From positions 30,442,001-30,506,000 of the forward strand of contig CAIIXF020000001.1 of assembly GCA_903813345.2 (NCBI GenBank): a stretch of DNA of 64,000 nucleotides. Reading direction: 5' to 3'. The DNA comes from Owenia fusiformis (taxonomy: Eukaryota). The position numbers and the translations under genes are program-made. Numbering within the stretch: the stretch's first letter is position 1; each line of letters begins with the position of its first letter. The notes under the pieces were generated by a model that searched no databases, had not been told where the DNA came from, and saw only the letters and a list, made by a program, of their open reading frames with translations. This document shows positions 24,763 to 36,883 of this stretch, piece after piece.

Positions 24763-26449
24763 CTGCAAATACAATTTACAGTATTTATAGAGCTGTAAAC
24801 ATCTGAATAAGTGCCATCTTCCACAGTGATTACAAATTGATGTTTGCTTTTGGTTAAAATATTATTGTTGTTATTGCCATTTATAGCTTATTTTCCAAGA
24901 GTCATGAGCTGCTGTAATGACTTAGATGCATGCATCAATGATCTTAATAATTGGTCGAACTGAATGAATTTTCTGGGGGGAGAGGAGACAGGAACCCAAA
25001 TCAATTGAAGAATATTTTTGGCCCTTGTCATTCATTGTCACATCTATTTTCTAAAATTCCAAAATAATATAAAGCTTTTTATGTGATTATATTGAATATA
25101 GTTACATTTATCATTTTAGAAAATTAATTTTGCACCACTAAAATGGATGTTTATTCAAGTTTAAGGGATCCTTCTGATACCCCGCCATGTTATCTTCCCT
25201 GAATTAGGCATCTGGTGGTGAAACTGGTAACTACCTACTCAGATATGGCTAATTGTACCAGTACCTTGCAATTTTGGTTCTCCTTTTAAAAAAATTTTCA
25301 AGAAAAAGAAATATATTTTTGTACCTTTAAATGTGAAATTAAAAAAACTCATTTTATTAACTACTACCTTCTTACTTTTGTAAACATTTTCAGTGATTGC
25401 AACTCTCTGGAATTGACTCTTCCCTTATCCCATTATTTTGTATTTTGTAATGATAATTAGAAATAAATAATCTAAGTGTATAATCAGCATAAATCATGTG
25501 ATAATAAATCAATTATGCAAAACTGCTAAAGAGCATGCGATTCATCCTTTTATCAGGAAATTTAATTATTATGTTGTTCTCACTGATTTTTTATTCTTTG
25601 ATGCCTCATTTGGCTTGTACTTTTATTTCTAAATGAAAATACATCACTTCACTTAAAAAGTAAATGTATATTCATTCTACAGTCCTTTACAGACCCAATG
25701 TTTTTTTGTTTTGTTATTGGAAAAATTACATTGAATACTTGAAATGTCTCGATAGATTTTGTACAAAATAATAGCATGTGTCATACTATCTCTCAAAAGA
25801 GAAAAATAAAACAATTTCAAATTAAGATTCTAAAATAAAGTTATATGTCTTTTTGGCACTTGTGCTTATATATTGCAACATGACAAACAAACAGGTTCCA
25901 GTGTGGCAACTGAAGTATCAATCTATTTCAGTTAGCTTAATACACCCCATGCAGACAGATCGCCTAAAATTACATTCGTATGATACAAGACTCGACATTC
26001 AACGGGAAATTAAAAAAAATTTGCCAACCATGAAGCAAATTAATTTTTTACTGCTTTATAAATGGTGAATGACAGTCACATTGAGTTCTATAAGTATAAT
26101 AGCACGACGTCTTGATATTTCAGGGTAACTCGTTTGAATAGTGATGGCGGTGATGAAAATTACAATGTAAAGATAAAACCGCAACAAAATATTTGTAGAT
26201 TTCTTTGGAAAACTAAGAAATATACATCACACATCGAAAAAATGTATCAATAGTAATAGTCCCTGATCTGGACCCTCTGAAAAAAAGTTTTGTTGTCCGG
26301 TACTTTCCCACATAAAATGATTGTACCGTTTGAAAGAACAGACTTCCCTCTAAAAGAAAACACCTCTTCTATTGATGTAAACAGGGGCAATAGGCACTAA
26401 AACGGGGTTAGACAAGGTGACATTCTGAAGTCTCACTTTCTTGTCATCA

Positions 26450-27160
26450 CGATTCCAGGTAAACCATCAGACGGATTTACTTCAAGTTTTCACACATGTT
26501 ATATGGTAAGAAGTTCTAGAGCTGATTAACTTTGCGGTGGCCATCTTGCATTCTGGCGGCCATCTTGGAATTTTTTCAGATAAATATTGTCATCGCGATT
26601 CCACAAAAACCACATAACAGATGTACTTCAAATGTTCACACATGTTACATGGTAAAAAGTCCTAGACCTCATTATTTTTTCGGTGGCCATCTTGCATTCT
26701 GGCAGCCATCTTGGAAGTTTTAAGATAAATCTTGTCATCACGATTTCTGGATTTCAGGATTTACTTCAAATGTCCACACATGTTATATGGTAAGAAAATA
26801 TAGAGGTGAATAACTTTTCGGCAGCCATCTTGCATTCTGGCGGCCATCTTGGAAATTTTGGGATAAATCTTGTCATCATGTTTCCAGGAAAACAACCTAA
26901 CAGATTAACTTCAAATTTACACACATGTTACATGGTATGAAGTTCTAGAGCTGATTAACTTTTCAGTGGCCATCTTGCATTCTGGCGGCCATTTTGGAAG
27001 GTTTATAGATAAATCTTGTAATCACGATTCCAGAAAAACCACTTCACAGTTATACTTCGAATTTTCACACATGTTACATGGTATGAAGTTCTAGAGCTGA
27101 TTAACTTTCCGATAGCCATCTTGCATTCTGGCGACCATCTTGGAAGTTTGTAGATAAATA
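26450..27160 (+). repeat. ~146-bp tandem repeat, 5 units (left TIR arm)
   Basis: GGCCATCTTGCATTCTGGCGGCCATCTTGGAA at about 26539, 26685, 26823, 26968 and 27114. Confidence 0.9.
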
Positions 27161-27179
27161 TAAAATACAGTCAAAGCAT

Positions 27180-27500
27180 TTACCATCAACAAAGGATGCT
27201 CTCATTCTCCATATAAATAGAGCCAACTATTAGGCCTTTATTTGGCGAAACGCAGGCAAATCAATGATGACTGTTTTTTGAAATACAGTTTATGTAACTT
27301 AAGTGAGGAATTAAATGTACAATTATGTTGTCTTCTGAACTATTTGTTTGCAAATATGCACATTTTCTTAAACATATGATACTGAGACACGTTTGTGAGA
27401 AAAAATGTCGTGGGAATTCTGCCTACAAAGTGTGAAAGGAAAAATCATACCTTCGATGATCCCACATTTTGTTACCGAAACAAACGGTTTAGGTAACCAG
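27180..27500 (+). pseudogene. Relic of Academ-type (XPG/Cys-cluster) transposon protein C-terminus
   Basis: LPSTKDALILHINRANY*AFIWRNA matches the LPPTxxALxxHxxRAxYQAxIW motif, followed by a degenerate Cys-rich stretch (VCEKKCRGNS). Confidence 0.65.
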
Positions 27501-27740
27501 CATAATCGAGTGGATCACTATAATATACTTTAGTAGTCTTTAATAATGTTAGGGAGGATGAGTTGTAAGGCATACTATGTCATGTTAGATCATGATCTAT
27601 ACTATTTTTATTATAATTTACCAGTTACACTTTCTCCATGCTAGGTTCTGTTATAACTTTTGTTCCGTTTCCTATGGCATCCGTGCTTTATACATTTACA
27701 TTCACAATGGTATAGTCCCTTCCTGGTATATTTTTTTAGG

Positions 27741-27864
27741 TTTTATGACTGTTAAATTCTATAGTCTTGTTAAGACCACTTTATAAACAGGTTTGTTATT
27801 ACTTTTATGACTGTTAAATTATATAGTCTAGTTAACACCACTTTATAAACAGGTTTATTATTAC
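27741..27864. repeat. ~62-bp tandem duplication
   Basis: TTTTATGACTGTTAAATT...TTTATAAACAGGTTT.TTATTAC twice. Confidence 0.85.
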
Positions 27865-28049
27865 TGGTGTAACTAACACAACGAAAAAAAATATAATTAA
27901 TTTATTTGATCTTATATAACATGGAATTATTTTTTCTTTTCGATAAAACATTGCTTATTAGAAATATATTTAGTTGAAAACTTAGAGTAAACAATCAGTT
28001 CTTCTTTCACAAAGTTTATTTTGGTTCAGTAGATTTTTCTATACATTAT

Positions 28050-28190
28050 TTTTATGTCACCACCACTAGTGATTGGGTGACATATTGTAATAGCTTCGAA
28101 CGTTTATCTTGACACTGTTCAGTAGTTAATGTGTACTGTATACTTAACAAGGTGTGGTGACATTTTGCATGTTTCTGCATCGTCACTACT
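28050..28190 (+). mobile_element. Miniature HINE (ATGTCACC family)
   Basis: TTTTATGTCACCACCACTAGTGATTGGGTGACATA 5' hairpin; GTGGTGACAT followed by TGCATGTTTCTGCA hairpin at the 3' end. Confidence 0.55.
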
Positions 28191-29349
28191 ATTGAAAGCT
28201 TATGTTGATATTGTAGCAGTGTTTTTTAAGTTATTTTTGTTGGTACAATTAGTTTCCAAACCCTATACTTATATCGATCTGACACACAGTTTTAGTGCAG
28301 GTTTAAGTGATTTTTGTTGATAATTAAACACAAAGAGCACATGTGTCTCGAACTCGCAACATTGTGGATACAGAGCCCATTCACATAGTTTGACATGCTG
28401 GTGCTCTGAACCAGCACGTTAGTTAATATCTGACTAAGAGACAGCTTGCTTTCCCGATGAAGAAACGTTATCTGCAGCTTTCATGAGTACTATAGTATCT
28501 ACAACTATTTTGATCTTATGAGTATTGGATATCATTATTTTCAATTTTTCTTCAACATGTATTTTAATGACTTCAGTATGAATGGAATGTCCCTCGGAGT
28601 TGTGGTCGTTGATGAGGAATTGGTCATTGAACGGTGTTGATGCTGTTTATTCCCATATTAGATTATTGTCTTGGGATATTCAGGTTTGATTTTTGTTTGC
28701 CAGTTTTACACTTTACAGTTTGCTTTTCCCACTAGGTTGCTTTACACTTTTTTCCTTTCTCATTTGTCATTTTTGTTTATATTTAGTAAGGATATGATTC
28801 GCAGGTCTCTCCTTCTGTGTGATCACCTGTCCAGAAGATAATTCAACTGCATGAAGAACATTTCGTTGACATGATGCACAGTGAAAGGTTTGCCACACAT
28901 TTACATTTTCGTTTAAAAGAGCTTTAATTCCGTTATAAATTGGATCAAGGCCAATTTAGCATACATTTCGCTCTCAAAAATCACTTTGCAATAATGGATT
29001 TCAAAGAAATGTTTGACGTTTTCAATAATCTTTTTTCTTTTTGATGAAATGTAGTTATTTATTCTAAAAGTCAATCGATGTCATACACAAAATGCATTTA
29101 AGTGGTATAAAGTACAGAAGCAGAGTAAAAATATGTATTTTAGAATATCACCATGTGTTACCCCATTGTAGCGCCTCTTGCCCATGTTTCTATTAATATA
29201 AAACATGATATCATACACCAAATATGCATTTATGTCAAATTATGTGGTTTAAAATACAGAAAAATAGATAATAAATAACCACCTTGTTTAACCCCACTTT
29301 ATTGCCTTTTGCCCCTGTTTATATCAATATAAAAGGTAGCATGTAACCT

Positions 29350-29855
29350 TCCTTGTAACATGTGTAAAAGTTTCAAGAAAATCAGTAAAGTGGTTTTCTT
29401 GGAATCACAATGACAAGATTTATCCAAAAAACTTCCAAGATGGCCGCCAGAATGCAAGATGGCCACAGAAAGGTTAATTAGCTCTAGAACTTCTTACGAT
29501 GTAATATGTGTGAAAATTTGAAGTAAATCCGTTTGGTTTTCCTGAAATCGTAATGACAAGATTTATCTTTAAACTTCCAAGATGGCTGCCAGAATGCAAG
29601 ATGGCCACCGAAAAAATAATGAGGTATAGGACTTTTTACCATGTTACATGTGTGAACATTTGAAGTACATCTGTTATGTGGTTATTGTGGAATCGCGATG
29701 ACAATATTTATCTGAAAAAAATTCCAAGATGGCCGCCAGAATGCAAGATGGCCGCCGCAAAGTTAATGAGCTCTAGAACTTCTTACCATGTTACATGTGT
29801 GAAAATTTGAAGTAAATCCGTCTGATGGTTTACCTGGAATCATGATGACAAGAAA
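29350..29855 (-). repeat. ~146-bp tandem repeat, ~3.5 units (right TIR arm)
   Basis: Inverted mirror of 26450-27160. Confidence 0.9.
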
Positions 29856-30047
29856 GTGAGACTTCAGAATGCCACCTTGTCTAACCCCGTTTTAGTGCCT
29901 TTTGCCCCTGTTTACATCAATAGAAGAGGTGTTTTCTTTAAGAGGGAAGTCTGTTCTTTCAAACGGTGCAATCATTTTATGTGGGAAAGTACCGGACAAC
30001 AAAACCCCTTTTCTAGAGCCCTTTTGGAAATCAGATCGGGGACTATA

Positions 30048-30306
30048 AGACCTGCAGGTCCGATTCCCCCTGGTAGCATTAACATTGGTATCGTATATGT
30101 CACACATTTAATATTTGAAACGCAACTATAATTCGAACTTATGATCGGACATAAGTATGATGTGAACTTCAAGGTGATAAAGTAATACTAGTATCATACT
30201 AATGTCCGATCATAAGTTCGAATAATAGTTGCGTTTCAAATATTAATTGTGTAACATATACGAGACCAATGTTAATGCTACCAGAGAGAATCTGACCTGC
30301 AGACCT
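30048..30306. mobile_element. Palindromic MITE inserted in the right arm only
   Basis: ~115-bp inverted arms (CTGCAGGTC.GATTC...TATGATCGGACAT); empty site visible in the left arm near 26250; TAA/TTA flanks suggest PIF/Harbinger. Confidence 0.75.
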
Positions 30307-30739
30307 TACAATTTATACATGTTTTTTTTGTGTTCCGGAAAATTCGACATGTGATGTATATTTTTTTGTATTTTTTTTATCTTTCCATAGTTGTTTCAAT
30401 TACTGCCATCACTTTTCAAACGACGTTACCTTGAAATATCAAGACATCATGCTATTCTCATACTTATAAAACTTAATTTGGCTATCATTTACCATTCATT
30501 AAGCAATAAAAAATTAATTTGCTCCATGGGTGACAAATTATTCAAGTTTCCTGGTGAATGTCGAGTCTCACATCATACGAATGTAATTTTAGTCGATTTG
30601 CATGCATGGGGTGTAATAGGGATTTCATGTCAATATATATGGCCAGAAATATAATTATGTTTGGGGGAAATCTTATCTTAAATGTAACTAGATTGGTAAA
30701 TTGAACAAAGTTCAATTTAAGACTCCAGATTGATTTACT

Positions 30740-30898
30740 TGAGTAGGTAGCTGAGTAAGTAACTGAGTAGCAAGCTGAGTAAGTAGATGATTAAGTAATT
30801 GAGTATGTAGCTGAGTAGTTAGCTGAGTAAGTAGCTGAGTAGGTAGCTGAGAAGTAGGTAGCGAAGTAGGTAGCCGTGTAGGTAGGTAGGTAAGTAGG
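30740..30898. repeat. 12-bp (GAGTA.GTAGCT)n minisatellite grading into (TAGG)n
   Basis: Directly visible. Confidence 0.9.
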
Positions 30899-32134
30899 AA
30901 TTTTTGACCGAAAGTCGGATTGAAATTTGGTTTGCAGATTCAGATTCCTGAGTAAATTCTACGCTCGTGTCGTAACTCATACATTGAATTTTGAGAACTT
31001 TTTGTGTTGACCTACTTTCCGGACGCCATTCCTCAAAATCGGTAAGAGTAATCAAAAAAAGACAGTGACATTAATAAAAGGGCTGTTTCTAAGCTACGTG
31101 ATGAAAAAAAGAATAATGACGAATAGTGACCCAGATAATTGACAGAATGTTAGAAATGTAAGATTTAACCCAGTTCTTGACCTTGGCTTTTCAGTGTCCA
31201 AATTTTATATTAAAGGAGCTTCGGAGGTCCTCGTCTGTTGTAGGCTTTCATTTATTTTATTTGTTTCCAGTCTTTATCTCGTATATTTACAATTCATAAT
31301 TTTCTTGAGCTCCATAGATTTAACAGAGGGATATCATCATATTGATTTTTTTAAACTTCGAAACATCATAACATTCCGAACCGGAAATCAAATCTAAATT
31401 TTGTTTGCAGATTTAGATATCTGGGAAAATTCTACCCTTATTTCATAACTCATACATTAAATTTGGAGATTTTTTTTATTTTGACCCACTTTTAGGACGC
31501 CATATCTCAAAAATGGGTCAAAATACTTTCTGACGGCAAAAGGCTATCACTATTAGCACACTCTTTTCTACCTGTATACAAAATTTTGAAGCAAATCCTA
31601 AAAGTGTAGTGCCAGAATCGCAAAAATAAGGAAAAACTATGAATTTGACCTAGATTTTGACCTTGGCATTTTGGTGTCCAAATATTGAAATTAGGTAGCT
31701 TTTGAGGTCCCCTTCTTTTATAGGAATTCATTATCTTAAGCTATACTCAGTCTATAACTCGTATTTTACACTTCAAAAAAATCTTTTTTCCTTGACTTTC
31801 TATCAGGATACCATCAGATCGATTTTTCTCGAAATTTCAAAACGCCATAACTTTCGAACGGGAAGTCGGATCGAAATTTTGTTTGCAGATTCGGATTCCT
31901 GACAAAATTCTGCCCATAATTCATAATTCATACATTGAATTTGGAGAACTTTTTGTTTTGACCTACTTTCTAGATGCCATATTTCAAAATCAGTAAGAGT
32001 AATCAAAAGATGGATGGCACACTTATAAAAGGGCTGATTGTAAGCTACATGATGAAAAAAAGATGAAGATGTTTCAATAAATAACGACAAAGATAATTGA
32101 TAGAATATAGAAAATGTAAGATTTGACCCAGATC

Positions 32135-32250
32135 TAGGATTGGATAGGATATAGAATAGGAAGGAAGGATAGGATAGGAAGGAAAGGATAGAAAGGAAGG
32201 ATAGATAGGAAGGATATGATCAGACAGGATAGGAAGGAAGGATGGATGAT
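32135..32250. repeat. Purine-rich (GGATA/GGAA)n simple repeat
   Basis: Directly visible. Confidence 0.9.
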
Positions 32251-35200
32251 TTTTTCTATATCTTCTTTGCTACTCTTGACTTTCTATCAGGATATCATCA
32301 GTTCGATTTTCTCGAAATTTTCAAAACGCCATAACTTTCGAACCGGAAGTCGGATCGGAATTTGGTTTGCAGATTCAGATTCCTGAGAAAATTCTTCACT
32401 TATTTCATAGCTCATATGTTAAATTTGGTTAACTTTTTAGTTTGACCTACTTTCCGGACGCCATATCTCAAAATCGGTAAGAGTAATCAAAAAACGGTTG
32501 GCACAATCTCGATTTGTTTTTTTCTAAGCTACATGATGAAAAAAAGATGAAGTAGTAACGACAAACAACAACGAAGATAATTGACAGAATGTTAATAGTT
32601 CTTGACCTTTGACCTAGATAAAAATTTGACCTAATTTCCCATCATCCCAGATACATTCCCTAGTTGATCATGTAAGCAGCTTAAAGTAAGCTCTTCTAGT
32701 TGGTGAGAAATCTTGTAAGGAGGAAGATTCTGAAAGAAAAATAATAATAAGAAAACTGGCAAAAGCAATTTTCAATCTGGAGTCTAATTATGGTACATTT
32801 AATGGCAATATTGGGACACTGACCGTGCTTGGGACATTGACCTTTCATGCCCCTTAGGTGGTAAGTGTAATTATTTATACAAGTTCCAGTTCTCACTTTT
32901 TACATATTGGGAAGATTTACAGAAATTAATACAAATGTTTTATTTCCAGAAGAATGACAACAGGATCTATAATTTGTCAGTTTACCCTCACAACTTCAAT
33001 GTTTTCTATGCATTTCTTACAGAACAAGGAGGGACCTAGACCGTAAATAATTAGACAAGTAGAACACAAATTGTGCCTTTCAACATGATCGATGAAACAT
33101 GTAATTTTACCATAAAATGCAATCAAGTTAACATCCTACAATGCAAAACCTTACTAAAATGAAATGACAAATGATTTCTTATTCTTAAACATGTGTTTCA
33201 GATTGGATTATTAAATCACAATACTATTTTCTTCTTTTCACAGCCTTAAGTTAAAATAAAGGTTGTGAAAAGAAGAACATAGTATTGTGATACAAATTTT
33301 TTGCTTTAGTTAAGTGCCAATCATTTGTATATATGGTAAAGTCATTAAAATATGTGAAACTGGCACGAAGTAAAAATGCAGCAAATAGTTACAAAATTTT
33401 TTTAATTCTTAAAGGTGCCAACAACTGATGCCATAACATGCCCTTACTTCTTAGTGGTGACATAAAAATGACAATTGACATACACATACTCTAAGGGTAT
33501 GTGGTTAGAAGCAAATGATTTCTTTATATAAAAAAAAAAATCTAGATTTTCCTGTGAGGAAAAATAATATCCAAAAAGTATTCCTGACCTAACTGATTTG
33601 GTTACAGTAACATTACTGCTGTTATTTCAGCAGTTGACATTTATTCATTAATCTGTCTTGAAAAGGGCATAAATAAATATTATCCCCCAATCAATATATT
33701 ATGTATCCTGCTCAGTTAAACTGTCTACAAGAACATTCTAACCAAGTTATGTTTAATGAAGCAATCTTCCTTTCAAGACAAAAAAATGATTGTAAATATC
33801 ATTTAGCCAGAGTTTTATGTCAATGACCCTCAGTAATGGTGATGATCCAATTTCCATTTATTTAGATTTCACATCATTAATCATTTGTAAATGGTGATGA
33901 ATATTTCATGTATCCATTTTATTTTAATTAACTAGATTTGATTAGTGAAACAATACACTTAACACTATTATATCTGATGAAAGTGAAAATGGGTTAGAAG
34001 TGGTCCATAGAGTCTTGAATCTTATTTTTTATTCATGTTAAATTACTTAATGGTAAATGTGAAATCCTTGGTTAGGGTTCACTTTTTTATTGCCAAGGAT
34101 TTTCACACATATCTGAACAAAATGTTCAATATCCCAAGTGTTAATACAGCAAGATTCTTTTCAATGTAAAGATAGAATCGGATCTAGCAAGCAACATTTT
34201 GAAAAAGTTGTCTCAATTTAAGAATATTTTGGGCTCATTATGTAGAATTCCCAATATCATATTAGTATATTCCAGGAAAATCTAAAATCTTTATTGCTTT
34301 AATTTTGCTATAGACGTGGACAGTATCCACATTACTGAATTTTGAATTTCAAATCTTAATAACTTCCTTTTTTAAAAAGACATAATTGATTTTTCTAGGC
34401 TAAAAGGTAAGCACTGCTAATATTATAGTTGCTATGGTAGCCAAAAGCAGATCAAAATATGTTAATAAAAGTTGGACATCAATATTTTTTGATCGTTCAT
34501 GTGATCACATCCTGCAATTTGATTGGACATCATATAATGGGGAATCCCCGAATACGATAGAATATGAAAGAATTATGGGAGCAACTCAATACTACTGAAA
34601 TAGCATCATAAGGAATGGTAAGGCAGATGCTTGTACAGGTCAAAATGTCAAATGATCAGTTTTGACCATTTAACCTTAAAAATTTTCTTTTTTCTATTGC
34701 AATGTGTGAAAAAATTGAAGCACATGACTTGATGAATTGTGGATGATTTAATCCACTCATGTCTTGTATCCTAGACTCTGAATGGGGGTAGCATTCAGGC
34801 TACCGCATTCATTCAAAGTCTAAAAACAACATACATGTACATGGTTTAAATCATCTACAACTCTTTGAGTCCTTAAAACCTTTATGATTTTCTAAAAATT
34901 ACATTTAGATTTTACAGCTTTACACCATCACCATCATTGAGAAAGAGGATAACTCATGTATTGACTTATTATGGACAAAAACATATTATTAGTGGTGCAG
35001 AAAATAGGCATAGAGTCGTGTTATCTTGTCGACTCCCAGGATCCATAATCAAGACTTGTTATTATAGTCTGTTTTAAGTCGTTATAGGAGAGCAACAAAA
35101 ATATACAAACAAGGCATTAGTAATTAGTCACATTTTTACATTATTTCTTTTCTCAAAACATTGCCAGTTGTGCCTTTTTTGTAATGATCTAACTTCATTT

Positions 35201-36071
35201 CATGACAATCCATTATACACTATCTATACTTTGCTGCCACTTCAATACAAACTGTATGCAAGCAATTCATCTCAGTGAAAAGATAAAGCAGATTATCAAC
35301 AATATACAATGGATTCATATGCATTTTTGACTTGTTATAATTCATATTTTTCCAATTTTGCCCTTTGTATTTCTTAACTGTGATGTAAAATAGTATAATC
35401 AAAAAGCTTTGATAGAGAACCATTATCAATTTGACAAGAAATAGTAACAGAGTGACAATAGATATGTGGAAAGAGTGACTCTAACCTCAAAATGCCATTT
35501 TATACATGCTTATGACCTATATTTTGGGAAATGACCTAATGTTTGAATAATTGATTATCAAACATAGTATTTTCTTTGATGTCCTATTCAAATTATTCTA
35601 AATACCTCAGGGGCTAATACGGGGTCTTAAATACACACATCCTCATTGAGATCATGTTAGGAGAATTGATGAATTGTCATGTTAGACTACTGTATTTGAG
35701 CATCATTCAAATGGAATACTGCACTCCAATATACTTTTGAAATTTGCATGCTACCAAAACAAGGGTTTCATGAAGTTTTTGAAAAAGATCATGTATGGTA
35801 TGACAAATGATTTAAGACAGTCACACCTTCGACTCTAAGTATATACAACTTTTTTCATTAAAAGAATGTGCTTTCTTTGAAGTAATACTATTTCAAATAG
35901 TTGGGACTTGTTTTTAAAAGATGTCCTTCCATTTCTCTTTTTAACAATATCAAATGTTTCCTCTGTTAGTAACTTCTGAATGAGGGAACATCATTGAAAT
36001 GCGACAAAGTTGAAAAAACCCATATCCCATTTATTGTTCTATAGCTTTCAGCCTAATTTAAAGTTTCTTGA

Positions 36072-36883
36072 AACTAAGTTCACACCAACGGCGCTTTGAT
36101 GACACTTTAAAGCGACGTGCAAAGCGGCATCAAAGCGTAACAAAGCTTGATCAAAGCATCAGGGTCGTAATGGATCGTGGAAAAGCTCGGATTAAAGTGG
36201 GACATTCGGCAAGAGCGCCAAAAAAATTTAAACTGTTTAAAAATTTGGGGCACTCTGTCACAAATTGATTAAAGCGGCGAGAGTGTATCAAAGCTTAACA
36301 AAGCGTAACAAAGCTCAGCAAAGCTTGACTCAAAGCATTGGAAAACTTAACAGAGCTTGGTTCAAAGCGGGGACACCAGTCTTCACGGTCTGTCACCACT
36401 TGACACGCTTCGTTAAGATGTCTCAAGATTTGCTACGATCTGGCATGAAGATCTGACACACTTTGCTGCGCTTTCATGAAGGACTCTCACGCTTTCCCAT
36501 GAATTGAGATTGTATGGATCTGCTGCATCTTTGTATAGGCTCTGGATCAATAGCGGCATGAAATCGGCGATCTCGACATTTTTTAATGCGTAACAGAGCT
36601 TAACAAAGCGTAACAATGCACAACAGAGCTTGATAATCGTATCAGAGCCTGATTATCAAAGCTTATCATAGCGTGATTTAAAGCGTAAGAAAGCCTGATC
36701 AAAGCGTGAGGAACCGTAACAAGTTGGGAAATAATTGGTCCCCCAAAGTGGCAACCAATTTGTAGGAGCTTATCAGAGCGTAACATAACATAGGAGATCG
36801 TGATATTTTTGGAAAAGTAAACAAAAAGACAGCGCTTTGCTCGCTCTTTAAAGCGTGGCATTCACCGTTGGTGTGAACTAGGT
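36072..36883. mobile_element. PIF/Harbinger-like MITE rich in AAAGCG/AAAGCT motifs
   Basis: AGTTCACACCAACGG ... CCGTTGGTGTGAACT TIRs; related inverted partial copy at ~63103-63730. Confidence 0.75.

Larger units (their letters stand above)
25943..30613. mobile_element. 4.7-kb DNA transposon derivative with ~1.2-kb TIRs, Academ-like
   Basis: TAATA|CACCCCATGCA ... TGCATGGGGTG|TAATA; arms 25943-27160 and 29350-30613; ORF relic at 27180-27500. Confidence 0.8.
30733..32699 (+). mobile_element. HINE-like element with four ~480-bp degenerate units
   Basis: GAAGTCGGAT.GAAATTT.GTTTGCAGATTC near 30910, 31385, 31862, 32346; 5' minisatellite; AGCTT-aaagt-AAGCT hairpin and CTAG|TT end. Confidence 0.7.

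Noticed and set aside
28700..29050. RAG1 N-terminal / Chapaev zinc-motif call for ENVNVWQTFHCASC
   Set aside because: Only a loose match to DxxxIHPTxFCxxC, no upstream CxxC visible and multiple stops; kept only as a testable remark
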